Program-made: the position numbers and the translations under genes
NCBI RefSeq assembly: GCF_026000115.1
Contig: NZ_AP026867.1
Coordinates: 2,777,716 to 2,841,715, forward strand
Reading direction: 5' to 3'
Length of the DNA stretch: 64,000 bases
From: Aureispira anguillae
GTDB taxonomy: Bacteria; Bacteroidota; Bacteroidia; Chitinophagales; Saprospiraceae
Part shown: piece by piece, positions 39,233-49,429 of the stretch
Numbering within the stretch: position 1 is the first letter of the stretch
How the letters are laid out: each line of letters begins with the position of its first letter
The notes under the pieces: generated by a model
The model's database searches: none
Told to the model about the DNA's origin: nothing
Seen by the model: the letters and a program-made list of their open reading frames with translations, nothing else

Positions 39233-39376
39233 AGCATGGGTCTTCTGATCAGATAATTTATGAGCATAGACGCTTAGAAAGTTCTTGTGGTTGGATTTAG
39301 GGCAAAGGAATTTTCGTTCATTGATTACCTTTGGTACAACTATATCCAATTGAATATTTTTTTAAACAAACAAAGG

Positions 39377-40543
39377 TTAAGGCTCTATCGCCAAATAACG
39401 ACTAACATCAAGCCCCAGCTCCGTAGCATATTGCTCAATTAATACCCGTTTATAATTGCGTAAATTATCCAAATTGCCAACTGCCAATTCATCCATCAAA
39501 CGATTTCCAAGAATATAAGTCACTACATTTTCGCCATAATTTTGAGCAATGAGTCCTTGTATTGGTTTAAATATATTCTTTTTAGCCTCATCCCGAATCG
39601 CTCGTTGCTTTTTCCGAGCCTGATAAACCTCTGAACTCACTCGTTTTAATGCCCTTTCGGTATTGGAAAGCCCTAATTGTGCAGCTTCACGCTCCAACTG
39701 TTGACGTTTTGCCCACAATTCATCCTTAAAATCTTCATTTTTGAGCGACTTATAAATGCCCTTTATCTTACTAAAACGGTAAATTTGTTTTGGGCGCTCA
39801 GCTAATTCTCTTAGATATTCTTTATCAATAATTTGATAACTTGGGCGATTGTATTTTTTGGCAATGACCTCTCTAAATTCTAGGAGCCCTTTAAAAATGT
39901 AAAACTCCTGCTCAGAGAGCCCATTTTTATCTTTTTCTTTGAGATAATTATTGTTGTCAACATCTGCATAAGAAAGCCTATCAATCACTTTATTTTCTTC
40001 CTCTATCCAAGCCAAAATTTCTTTTTGTTGAGCATAGTCAACTAATACCGCCTTCATATCAATCAAATAAAGCACATCTTTGGCCGCATAGTCGATTTGT
40101 TTTTCGGAAAGAGGCCTTAAAAACCAGTTGCTTTTTTGGGCAGATTTACTGATTTCAATATCTAATACTTCAAACAAAGCGCTTGCCAAGGAAGCGGGCG
40201 GATAATCTAATAAACGCATAGCAATTGCTACATCAAATGTATTCTGGGGAAAACAGCCCAAAGAATGAAACAATCTCAAATCTTCGCCAAAAGAATACAC
40301 TACTTTTTCAATCTTTGGATTTTCGACAATTTTAAATAAATCATTGAGTTCAATGCCCTTGCTCAAGGGATCAATAATAAAACATTTTCCTCCTGCAAAA
40401 ATCTGGATCAAACAAAGATTAAATCCATAGCGATAACGATTTTTATCAAATTCTAAGTCAATTGCAATGGTCTTTTCTTGATTTAAAAACTCGACACATG
40501 CTGCCAATTCCTCATTACTATCTATATACTGCCAATTGTTCAT
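39377..40543 (-). CDS. rnd: Ribonuclease D (DEDDy 3'-5' exonuclease + HRDC domain)
   Basis: 'TIAIDLEFDKNRYRYGFNLCLIQIF' exo motif I, 'YAAKDVLYL' motif III, followed by an HRDC-like region. Confidence 0.8.
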   Translation of the reverse strand: MNNWQYIDSNEELAACVEFLNQEKTIAIDLEFDKNRYRYGFNLCLIQIFAGGKCFIIDPLSKGIELNDLFKIVENPKIEKVVYSFGEDLRLFHSLGCFPQNTFDVAIAMRLLDYPPASLASALFEVLDIEISKSAQKSNWFLRPLSEKQIDYAAKDVLYLIDMKAVLVDYAQQKEILAWIEEENKVIDRLSYADVDNNNYLKEKDKNGLSEQEFYIFKGLLEFREVIAKKYNRPSYQIIDKEYLRELAERPKQIYRFSKIKGIYKSLKNEDFKDELWAKRQQLEREAAQLGLSNTERALKRVSSEVYQARKKQRAIRDEAKKNIFKPIQGLIAQNYGENVVTYILGNRLMDELAVGNLDNLRNYKRVLIEQYATELGLDVSRYLAIEP

Positions 40544-41572
40544 ATTTACCGTTCTACTCTATTTATCTTTTTAATAAAAAATGGCATTGGTTTTTGCAAG
40601 CCCAACCCTCATCCCAAGATTCCAAATATACGCATCATGCATTGCAAACTCATCATAGTTCTTTGGATTAAATCCAATTTATATCCAGTATAACTTACAC
40701 ATCAACCGTACAAATGTTCATTTTTTTTGCTAAAAAACCATTGATAAAAACGAACATTATCACAAAAGATTTTTGCTAAAAAAAGAAATGCTCCAACTGG
40801 GCTAGAGTCGGAGCATCATTCCTAAATACTATAGTTCAAATTAATAGGAATAGATAATTCCATCATTATCAATAGACATAAGACGAATCTTTATGAATGT
40901 ATGACAATTTTCTTTGACATAAATTTCAAATAATCTTGATGGGCGTCAAAATCAGATAAAAAGCACCATAAAGTAATTCTTAATACCATCAAAAACAATG
41001 AAGTTTATCCATTACCTCGCCTAGGGCTTTTCCCTCGACGCTAATTCTCATGAAATGTACAAATTTTTTTTTCTTTATAAAAGAAAAAAAAGAATTTATC
41101 CCTTGATTATTACCAATATTCTAATAAAAAGTCTCTCTAAAGACAACAGAAGCAGGTTCTTGTCTTTTTTTTATACTCCAACCAGCTAGAAACTAAAATT
41201 ATTACATCTTTTATAAGCATTCTTCTCAAAATAGTAAGTAAGTAGATGGACAAAATTAGTGTCCTATTAATTAACGTATATTTTTTTAGCCTACAAGGCA
41301 AAAACCAAAGCTTTAGCGGGCTAAAGCGAGGATTTTTAACGCAGCTAGGGTAGAAAAAGATGCTTAATTTATTCATAATTATTTTTATCCACCTACTTAA
41401 TGAAGCAAAACTAATGATTGTAAATTTTAGCCGTCTTTTTGTACCAAATGAGACCATCAATGCTATTTTGTTTTCTGATTAAAAGAGATAAACTATCTCC
41501 ATTTAATCATTGATGGAGTGGCATTCGTAAAAGTAACCCTTTGGGTTCCCTCTAAACAAAAAAAAATCCAAA

Positions 41573-41618
41573 GTTATATTACAAGTATTATGTAATATAA
41601 CTTTGGATCCTTTCTATT
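41573..41618 (-). terminator. Rho-independent terminator for the HYR-repeat gene (minus strand)
   Basis: ATCCAAAGTTATATTACA agtatt ATGTAATATAACTTTGGAT 18-bp stem, followed on the minus strand by TTTTTTTTT. Confidence 0.7.
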
Positions 41619-41660
41619 AATTTTTTCGCTATCCAAAATGAGCTTACAAAAGAACGCTTT

Positions 41661-43553
41661 TTAATGTTCAATTTGGATGCGCTTGGCTACCCTAGCCTGT
41701 TCACTTTGGATATAAACAATGTACATTCCAGTTGGCAAACTAGAACAATCAATCTCGTAATCGTCTGTTGCCGCTCGTTCCCAATCGTTATAAAAAACAA
41801 CTTGCCCTGCTAGGTTGTATATGACTACCTGTTGAATTGGGTCTCCTAGCGTTGTTACAGTGAGAGTGCCAGTAGTAGGATTTGGAAATATAAGGATTGG
41901 TTCTTTAGGAGAGGTAAATGCCTGATGCTGATTCGCCAGTAAGCAACTATCAATTTCTAGATAAAATGAATCAGTCATCGGACAACCTTGTCCATTGTTT
42001 GGAACGATTGTAAAATAATAATTTCCTGTATGAGCAAATGTTAAGCTGTCTATTTGTCCGCTAATAGGCCCTGAACTAATTGTCCCCAATGGACCAATCC
42101 AATCGGCTTGATAAACCAAGCCATTATTAGGCAAGATGCCCTCCATATTTAACGTATCACCAGTACAATGCCATAAACTATCATAAGTAGGAGTTACAAT
42201 GGTTGGGGTATCTGCAAAAATATGAACCGTATTTAAACAAGTATTCCAATTGCCATTCGCATCTTCAACGGTTAAAGTATAAGTAACAGTCCCTATATCC
42301 TGACAAGTAAAAACAGAAGGCGTTAAATAGCTCGTATCAATTGTACAATTATCATAAGCTACCCCCACATCCGCAGGCGTTAGTATCCAAAGAGAATTAC
42401 CAGTTAGATTAACATTTGCAGCATTGCAAACTATGGTCGGCTTAATGCTATCTCTAATGGTAACTGTTGTTGCGCACGTACCTGTATTTCCACTAGGATC
42501 TCGAATCAATAAGTAAACAGAATCTACCCCAACGTCCACACAACTATAGTTCTTAATATAATTTCCGTTTAGAAAAGTTCGAGCTGTTATGGCACAATTA
42601 TCCGTGCTTAAGTCGTCAATATCCGCCGCTGATACCGCAGCATTTCCTGTGGTCGCCAAATACACTTCAACAGGCTTGCACTGTACAACAGGAGGAATGG
42701 TATCCAACACCTGAATTTGAGTGGCACAATTTACCATATTCCCATTGGCATCACCAATGGTTAAGTTTACGGTGTTGTTTAGTCCTATCTTAGAACAGTT
42801 GTAATTCCATACGCTGTCTCCATTAATATGAAAAAACAAATTATTGTTGCCACAATTGTCAACACTTCCAGCATCAAAATCAGAGGCAGCAACAGTTCCC
42901 TGTCCAAGGCTATCTACATAAACAGTTATAGTATTCAAACAAGATGCAATTGGAGGGATGTTGTCTACAATTGAAATAACTGCTCGGCAGCTATTTTGCC
43001 TTCCATGGTTATCAATTACGGTTAGACTAGCAACATGCGGAGAGCTTGCTATACTATCGCAATTAAATTGAATGCTTTGTTGGCCGTCAATTAATTTACT
43101 AGCAATCTGGCAATTATCCATACTATAGAAATCAATATCATCTGGAACAACGGTTACCAAGCCTGTACTATCCAAATATGTCGTTATATTTTGACAAGAA
43201 ACCAAGGGAGCCAAGGTATCACGAACTTGAATCTGCGTTGCACAAGTGGCTGAGTTTCCTGCATAATCAAAAACCCTCAAAACAGTTTGCGCAGTTAACC
43301 CCACCACAGAACAATCGACTAAAAGAGAGTCTTGCCCATTTATGGTATAACGTTGTATGCCGCAATTATCGACGCTCCCTGCATCTATCCTACTCGCCCT
43401 CACCCATTTTGTGCCTGTATTGTTTAAGTAAACCGCAAGTGGCTGATTCCTACAAAATACAGTAGGAGGCAAAGAATCAGAGGTGCATTGTGCTTGCAAT
43501 AAATGATTATTACAGAGGCATAACAGAATGCACCAAAAATACAATTTGTTCAT
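41661..43553 (-). CDS. Secreted HYR (hyalin-repeat)-like multi-repeat protein with a T9SS C-terminal sorting domain
   Basis: Signal peptide at the internal Met 'MNKLYFWCILLCLCNNHLLQAQ'. Six or more repeats of the form 'VDCS..G....V.RVFDYAGNSATCATQIQVRDTLAPLVSC'. C-terminus 'ILIFPNPTTGTLTVTT...IYNLAGQVVF...MYIVYIQSEQARVAKRIQIEH'. Confidence 0.75.
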   Translation of the reverse strand: MNKLYFWCILLCLCNNHLLQAQCTSDSLPPTVFCRNQPLAVYLNNTGTKWVRASRIDAGSVDNCGIQRYTINGQDSLLVDCSVVGLTAQTVLRVFDYAGNSATCATQIQVRDTLAPLVSCQNITTYLDSTGLVTVVPDDIDFYSMDNCQIASKLIDGQQSIQFNCDSIASSPHVASLTVIDNHGRQNSCRAVISIVDNIPPIASCLNTITVYVDSLGQGTVAASDFDAGSVDNCGNNNLFFHINGDSVWNYNCSKIGLNNTVNLTIGDANGNMVNCATQIQVLDTIPPVVQCKPVEVYLATTGNAAVSAADIDDLSTDNCAITARTFLNGNYIKNYSCVDVGVDSVYLLIRDPSGNTGTCATTVTIRDSIKPTIVCNAANVNLTGNSLWILTPADVGVAYDNCTIDTSYLTPSVFTCQDIGTVTYTLTVEDANGNWNTCLNTVHIFADTPTIVTPTYDSLWHCTGDTLNMEGILPNNGLVYQADWIGPLGTISSGPISGQIDSLTFAHTGNYYFTIVPNNGQGCPMTDSFYLEIDSCLLANQHQAFTSPKEPILIFPNPTTGTLTVTTLGDPIQQVVIYNLAGQVVFYNDWERAATDDYEIDCSSLPTGMYIVYIQSEQARVAKRIQIEH

Positions 43554-43576
43554 AATATAATAGTATGTCGTTAATG

Positions 43577-43626
43577 TATGTGTGTGTGTGTTGTGTGTAT
43601 TTAGCCTACTTGTGTGTGTGTGTGTT
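43577..43626. repeat. Two (TG)n/(CA)n dinucleotide microsatellite tracts 25-75 bp upstream of the HYR-repeat gene start
   Basis: 'gtatgtgtgtgtgtgttgtgtgt' and 'tgtgtgtgtgtgtgtg' (8 perfect units). Confidence 0.9.
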
Positions 43627-44517
43627 CCGTCAGAAAGTGGGAATTCTTTCTTAAATGATTCTCTATAAAAGTAGTTTATCAAACAACAAAAGTTGCTTAA
43701 TTTTTAAAAAGAGGTGATTGATTGTAAAATGGAACTAAAGACTAATGTTTAGAGAAAGTCTAGACAATTACTTTTCTCTAAAAAATCAACTTAATAATAG
43801 GTTTTTAGTTTTTACTCTAAACAAAAATTATCCTTATCTTTTGCTTATACTCTTTAACCGTAATACTCCGTTAATTAACTGTGTTGCTACTACGTGGTTT
43901 TTAGTTTTTTAATGTTTTAAGTTACAAAAACATATGATACTAATAATCAACTGCGCAGCACTCATGCAATAATATGATACAATTTACTACGTGAGCCTTG
44001 TTACTCACTCTGTTCGTGAGGTCGCAAGCTCTGTTCGGGTTTTCAACGGAGTAATGTAACCGATTACAATTGATACTACAATAATACAATAAAAAACAAA
44101 AACTACCAACAATAGGCAGAATTTAATTTTAGACTAAACCTTTTGGTCAAAATTAAATTCTAATAAAAAATTTAGGTTTTTTATATAAAAAAAACAGCAT
44201 TAAGAAAATGAAAAATAAGTGCATACTTCCGCTTACGAACTAGTTTTATTGCTTGCTGCTGTTAATTCCCACCTCACACTTAAAATATTCCCTATCCATT
44301 TTATAAGAATCAAAGGGATAACGTTTAGCCTAAAAAAAGAAGATTTTTAAGTTTTAACTTTTAAATTGTATGAATATTCAATTATTTTATTTTACTTTGT
44401 ATTACACCGATCATTAAATACACAATGTTTTACAAACAAATAGATTTGTTTTTGCTACTAAAAACCTTGCATAAGCATTCAAATTTATTGCATATTTATT
44501 TCACGAAAATTAGTTTT

Positions 44518-45225
44518 ATGAAAATTATTCATTGGTTATTTCCCCTTATTTTTATAACCACATTCCCATCTTTTCCCCCACTCAACAACAACAATTCCCC
44601 CATTGCCTTTTCAAGTTCTGTTTCTTATGGAATTGCGCCCCCTGCCGAAAAAAAAACCACCCATTCAAAAAAAAGAAAGGCAAAAAGACAAAAACACAAA
44701 CGGAACCGCAAATACAAAAAGCATCCCAATAACGTCACTTCAAAAAAAGCAGGCTCTAGATTTTTAACCTTGGGTATTATATTTTCAGCGCTCTTTCTTG
44801 GCTTCTTGCTTGCCTCTATTATTATTTTGGCAGGATTTGGAACAGGAGCATTTGGGCTAAATTTACTCATTTTATTTCCTACTGTTTTGATGTTTCTAAT
44901 TGGCACTCCTTTTCTATTTATTGGTTTATATCTAACGTTGAAAGCAAATAAAGTTGAAGAACCCATAAAAAGAAGTGAAACAGAGCTTCGAAAAGAAGTA
45001 GCCAACTTACCAGAGCGAGAAATTGTCCACTATTTGGAATTAAACGATGCTTTAGCAGCAGAGAAAATCAAAATTATAAATTTTGACCGAAACCTTAAAT
45101 CCAGAAGAGCAGCAGGCGTGCCATTGTCAGAACTAAAAAGAGAGTTGGACGAAATTAATCGCAGTATGCGTGTTATAAAAAAAGAAATTTCTATACTAAA
45201 GAAGAAAGCCCAAAATCAACAATAA
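44518..45225 (+). CDS. Hypothetical membrane protein with a highly basic K/R-rich segment, two TM helices and a C-terminal coiled coil
   Basis: 'HSKKRKAKRQKHKRNRKYKKHPNN', TM 'FLTLGIIFSALFLGFLLASIIILAGFG', C-terminal 'ELKRELDEINRSMRVIKKEISILKKKAQ'. Start uncertain (44425 or 44518). Confidence 0.45.
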   Translation: MKIIHWLFPLIFITTFPSFPPLNNNNSPIAFSSSVSYGIAPPAEKKTTHSKKRKAKRQKHKRNRKYKKHPNNVTSKKAGSRFLTLGIIFSALFLGFLLASIIILAGFGTGAFGLNLLILFPTVLMFLIGTPFLFIGLYLTLKANKVEEPIKRSETELRKEVANLPEREIVHYLELNDALAAEKIKIINFDRNLKSRRAAGVPLSELKRELDEINRSMRVIKKEISILKKKAQNQQ

Positions 45226-45371
45226 ATTTATTTTCCCTTATTTCACACTGCATGTTCTACTGTATTAAAATCAGAGAACATGCAGACTAGGGTTTTCCTA
45301 CCCTTCTATAAGCTTCAAAAAAGCTAAAACAAAGTCCTCTAACGACTAATTCATTTATAAAAGCACCACCA

Positions 45372-46574
45372 ATGAAAAATTTAATCTTCCCTAGCCTTTT
45401 ACTATTAACGCTACTATTTTTGACAGGTCTTGCTCAAGCTCAAACTGTCGCCATCCCCGATGCCAATTTCAAAACAGTATTGCTTAACAATACCGCCATC
45501 AATACTAATGGGGATACAGAAATCCAAACCATAGAAGCCCAATCCTTTTCAGGAAATCTTAATGTAAACAATAGAAACATCCTAGATCTTACAGGTATTG
45601 AAGCCTTTACGGCCCTAAGTGGTCTAGACTGTGGGGGTAATCAATTAACAAATCTAAATGTGACCCAAAATACAGCGCTAACCAGCCTCAGTTGTCATTC
45701 TAATCAACTTAGCAGCCTAAATTTGGCTCAAAATACAGCATTAGAACATTTAAATTGCTTTTATAATCAGTTGACAAGTTTAAATTTAACGCAATGTACA
45801 GCACTAACTCAATTGCAATGTAACAATAACCAACTTAACAGTTTAGACCTTAGTGCTTGCACAGCCTTACTTCATTTAGATTGCTCCAGTAATCAATTGA
45901 CCAGTTTTAATATAACCAAAAACACCGCTTTAATAAGACTCGATTGTTCTCTTAATCAGATTTCAAGTTTGGATCTTACCGCCTGCCCTGCCCTTCTCAA
46001 TGTTTCTTGCAGCATTAATCAATTATCTGCCTTGGATCTTAGTCAAAATCTCCTTTTAGTACACTTATATTGCTCTCGCAATCAACTAAGCAGTTTAGAT
46101 CTTAGCCAGAATTCCGCCCTAAAAACCTTACAGTGTGCCAACAATCAATTAACCTTCTTAAATGTAAAAAATGGCAACAATCAAGCGATTACTAGTTTCA
46201 TGACGTTTTACAACCCTAACCTAACTTGTATACAAGTAGACAATGCCACCTATTCTAGTTCAAACTGGCCCCTTATTGATCTTACAAGCCACTTTAGCAC
46301 CAACTGTTTTACCAACCGTACAAGCTTAACAGCAACAGAGCAAAACATCAAAGTTTACCCAAATCCTATCGTGCAAAATTTCACCGTTGATTTAGGGCAA
46401 TCACAGCCAACGTTTACGGTACAAATTACCAACACCACAGGACAAATTATTTTGAAGAAAACGTATACCAATACCCAACAAATAGAGATCGCCTTACAAG
46501 AACATTCTGGTATTTATTTTTTAACCATCTACAACGAAAAAGAAATATTCACGACTAAAATCATCAAAGAATAA
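45372..46574 (+). CDS. Leucine-rich-repeat (internalin-like) protein with a T9SS C-terminal sorting domain
   Basis: Signal peptide. About 10 repeats of 'L..L.C..NQL.SLDLS'. C-terminus 'IKVYPNPIVQNFTVDL...GIYFLTIYNEKEIFTTKIIKE'. Confidence 0.75.
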   Translation: MKNLIFPSLLLLTLLFLTGLAQAQTVAIPDANFKTVLLNNTAINTNGDTEIQTIEAQSFSGNLNVNNRNILDLTGIEAFTALSGLDCGGNQLTNLNVTQNTALTSLSCHSNQLSSLNLAQNTALEHLNCFYNQLTSLNLTQCTALTQLQCNNNQLNSLDLSACTALLHLDCSSNQLTSFNITKNTALIRLDCSLNQISSLDLTACPALLNVSCSINQLSALDLSQNLLLVHLYCSRNQLSSLDLSQNSALKTLQCANNQLTFLNVKNGNNQAITSFMTFYNPNLTCIQVDNATYSSSNWPLIDLTSHFSTNCFTNRTSLTATEQNIKVYPNPIVQNFTVDLGQSQPTFTVQITNTTGQIILKKTYTNTQQIEIALQEHSGIYFLTIYNEKEIFTTKIIKE

Positions 46575-46617
46575 AAATTCTATTAAAAACTCCTTTCAAT
46601 TGACATAAATTTAAAAC

Positions 46618-46648
46618 TTAGGCAAATTTCATTGCCTAAATTTTATTA
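46618..46648 (+). terminator. Terminator after the LRR gene
   Basis: TTAGGCAA atttca TTGCCTAA followed by ATTTTATT. Confidence 0.5.
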
Positions 46649-46749
46649 CCTTCATTTAGAATCTCTTGTTAATTGCAGTTGAAGCTCAATCTTCTTTATT
46701 TCGGTTGTTTCTATTATCTTCTTTGCCCAACTGCACCAAAAAACTACGA

Positions 46750-49122
46750 ATGAAAAATATACTCATCTTTTTATGCTCTTTTATAGGTATCTGTTCCATT
46801 GTTGCACAAGAAACCCCAAGTCAAACAATTCGTGGAAAAGTTGTTGATAAAGTCAGCCAAATGCCTCTAATTGGAGTAGTAATTTTAGTGGCCGAAACCG
46901 ATTTAAATACCACCTCTGATATTGATGGAAATTTTGTATTAGAAAACGTGCCGATTGGTCGCCAAATTATAACCACTCAGTACCTTGGCTATGAACCTTA
47001 CATTTCCGAAGATTTAATTATTTCTTCTAGCAAGGAAATGTATTTAGAGATTGGGCTGACCGAACAAGTCGAAGTCACCGAAACCGTTGTCGTAACGGCC
47101 TCTGGAAGTGCAGATGGTGTAGGGAATCAAGCAATCAATGATTTATCGGTGGTTAGTGCTCGCTCTTTTTCGGTAGAAGAAACGAAACGATATGCCGCAA
47201 GCATTGACGACCCTGGGCGTATGGCAGCAGCATTACCTGGTATTCAAACCGATCAGGACAATGAAAATGATGTTGTTATTCGTGGTAATTCTGCTTTTGG
47301 GGTACTGTGGAGAATGGAAGGACTCGAAATTCCCAACCCTACTCATTTTGGTCGCCCTGGCACTACAGGCGGTGGAATTTCTGTTTTTAGTGCTTCTGTC
47401 TTAGGCAATACCGACCTCTCTACAGGAGGTTTTGCCGCCGAATATGGCAATGCCTTATCGGGTGTTTTTGATATGCGAAACCGCCGAGGAAATATGGTCA
47501 ACAGAGAGCATTCTATCAAAATTGGACTAATTGGTTTAGGGGCATCTACTGAAGGACCAATTAAGAAAGGTCGAAGTTCTTATTTGATTAATTACCGCTA
47601 TTCTACCTTGGGAATTCTCAATGCAATAGGTATGTATGTTGTTCGTGAAAATGTTGGAAATAATTTTCAAGACTTATCCTTTAACCTGACCTTTAACTCT
47701 AAAGATAATAAAGATGAATTTAAGATTTTTGGAATTGGTGGTTTAAGCGATGAAATATGGTTTACCAAAGAAGATACAACCGAATGGAAAACTTATTTGG
47801 ATTATATTGACGAGAGAAACGGTTCTAATTTAGGTATTTTAGGCTTTACTTACCGACGTTTAATCAACGAAAAATCTTACCTAAAAGTAGTCTTAGGAAC
47901 GGTATTGAATCATCATTATCTAAAACAAGCCATTCCCAATTTGACCACACTGGACATTAAAGACAAAGATGTTGTTGAAGATTATGATTATAAAACATTA
48001 AGAAGTCAATTGCACCTTACTTATAGCAATAAATTAAGCAATCGTTTTCGGCTAAAAGCAGGTGCTTCTTTAAGTGCCAATACCTATTGGTTGCGCAATA
48101 GTGTAGACAATGGCAATGGCGATTATAATTACTTGGATAATGTTAATGGCAATACTTTTTTGGTGCAAGCCTATGCGCAAGGGAGTTATCGCCCAATGGA
48201 AAAACTAACCTTTAACTTTGGTTTCCATGCCCTATTGCTTACCCTCAACAATACCTATAGTATAGAGCCTAGAGTTTCTATGCAATATAAGCCATTCAAA
48301 AATACAACCCTTAGTGCCGCTTATGGTTTGCATGGCAAAGCCTTGCCCATTGGGACTTATTTGTTGCAATTGCCTGATGCTTCTGGTGCAATTACACAAC
48401 CCAATAGAAATTTAAAAATTGCCAAAGCGCACCATGCTATACTCGCCTTTCAACAAGTTATTGGCTTAGGCTTTCGCCTCAACCTTGAAGGTTACTATCA
48501 ATATACCTTTGACAATCCAACCAGCCCCATTCCCAATAGCGGTTATTGGTTCCTTAATGAACGAGATAATTATGGAACTCAAGCAATGGTTTCTGAAGGG
48601 CAAGGACAAAACTATGGGGTGGATTTAAGCATTGAGAAGGCATTTAGCCGCAACTTCTTTATTTTGGCAACGGGTTCTTTGTTTTGGTCTCAATACAAAT
48701 CTTTGGGGGATGAGTTTTGGAGACGTACTAGAATTGACAAAAGATGGGGCGTTGCTGTTATGGGAGGCTATGAATTTACCTTCAAAAAAGGCGGTGTTTT
48801 ACAAATTGGTCTAAAATCCTTTGTTTCTGGCGGGCTGCGCTATACGCCTGCCGATGTTGAAGCCTCTAAAAAAGCAGGGGTGCTGGTAGAAGATACCAAC
48901 AATTATTGGGGGGCTTCCTCTGGAACTTATTTCCGTTTAGATGGTCGCATTGCTTATCGAAAAGATCACAAAAAGCTTTCTTATACCATTTCTTTGGATG
49001 TACAAAACATTACCAATACCAAAAATGTTCGCTATTTTATTTATGATCGTACTGAGGGCACTTTAGTACCACGCCATCAATCTGGCTTGTTGCCTGTTAT
49101 CAGTTTCCAAATTGATTTTTAA
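46750..49122 (+). CDS. TonB-dependent-receptor-like outer-membrane beta-barrel protein with an N-terminal CarboxypepD_reg domain (tandem paralog 1)
   Basis: Signal peptide at the internal Met 'MKNILIFLCSFIGICSIVAQ'. 'IRGKVVDKVSQMPLIGVVILVAETDLNTTSDIDGNFVL'. Plug-like 'DLSVVSARSFSVEETKRYAASIDDPGRMAAALPGIQ...NDVVIRGNS'. C-terminal 'VISFQIDF'. Confidence 0.7.
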   Translation: MKNILIFLCSFIGICSIVAQETPSQTIRGKVVDKVSQMPLIGVVILVAETDLNTTSDIDGNFVLENVPIGRQIITTQYLGYEPYISEDLIISSSKEMYLEIGLTEQVEVTETVVVTASGSADGVGNQAINDLSVVSARSFSVEETKRYAASIDDPGRMAAALPGIQTDQDNENDVVIRGNSAFGVLWRMEGLEIPNPTHFGRPGTTGGGISVFSASVLGNTDLSTGGFAAEYGNALSGVFDMRNRRGNMVNREHSIKIGLIGLGASTEGPIKKGRSSYLINYRYSTLGILNAIGMYVVRENVGNNFQDLSFNLTFNSKDNKDEFKIFGIGGLSDEIWFTKEDTTEWKTYLDYIDERNGSNLGILGFTYRRLINEKSYLKVVLGTVLNHHYLKQAIPNLTTLDIKDKDVVEDYDYKTLRSQLHLTYSNKLSNRFRLKAGASLSANTYWLRNSVDNGNGDYNYLDNVNGNTFLVQAYAQGSYRPMEKLTFNFGFHALLLTLNNTYSIEPRVSMQYKPFKNTTLSAAYGLHGKALPIGTYLLQLPDASGAITQPNRNLKIAKAHHAILAFQQVIGLGFRLNLEGYYQYTFDNPTSPIPNSGYWFLNERDNYGTQAMVSEGQGQNYGVDLSIEKAFSRNFFILATGSLFWSQYKSLGDEFWRRTRIDKRWGVAVMGGYEFTFKKGGVLQIGLKSFVSGGLRYTPADVEASKKAGVLVEDTNNYWGASSGTYFRLDGRIAYRKDHKKLSYTISLDVQNITNTKNVRYFIYDRTEGTLVPRHQSGLLPVISFQIDF

Positions 49123-49170
49123 AACTAAGTGATTATAGCTTCAGCGTTCATCGATTGGAAACTAATTTTA

Positions 49171-49245
49171 TATAGAGTTTTATATTGTTCGGCTTGCCTA
49201 AAAACTACTCTAAAAACAAGGCTTACAATATAAAACTCTTTTTTA
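49171..49245 (+). terminator. Long-stem terminator after the first TonB-dependent-receptor-like outer-membrane gene
   Basis: TATAGAGTTTTATATTGT...ACAATATAAAACTCT followed by TTTTTT. Confidence 0.55.
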
Positions 49246-49429
49246 ACCCTTCATTGCCAAAGACGAGTTGTTGTTCTGATAGGCAGCAAGATTAAAATTT
49301 AAAATAAGCACTTTAATTGGATGCATAAACCTCCTCCTGCAATTATTTCTAAGTCATTCACTAGCCTATTCTTTTCAAAATAGCTACTTTTGCTTTTAAA
49401 TACTGAAAGCCACTACAAAAGTTTAGCTA

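Noticed and set aside
41137-41460. 107-aa ORF in the AT-rich region upstream of rnd
   Set aside because: Low-complexity K/L/I-rich translation in an AT-rich intergenic region with no signal or domain features. Likely non-coding.
43960-44060. Short repeated 'ctctgttcg' and a CTCAC...GTGAG hairpin in the 43.9-44.1 kb intergenic region as a possible ncRNA
   Set aside because: Too short and unsupported by promoter or terminator signals to call.
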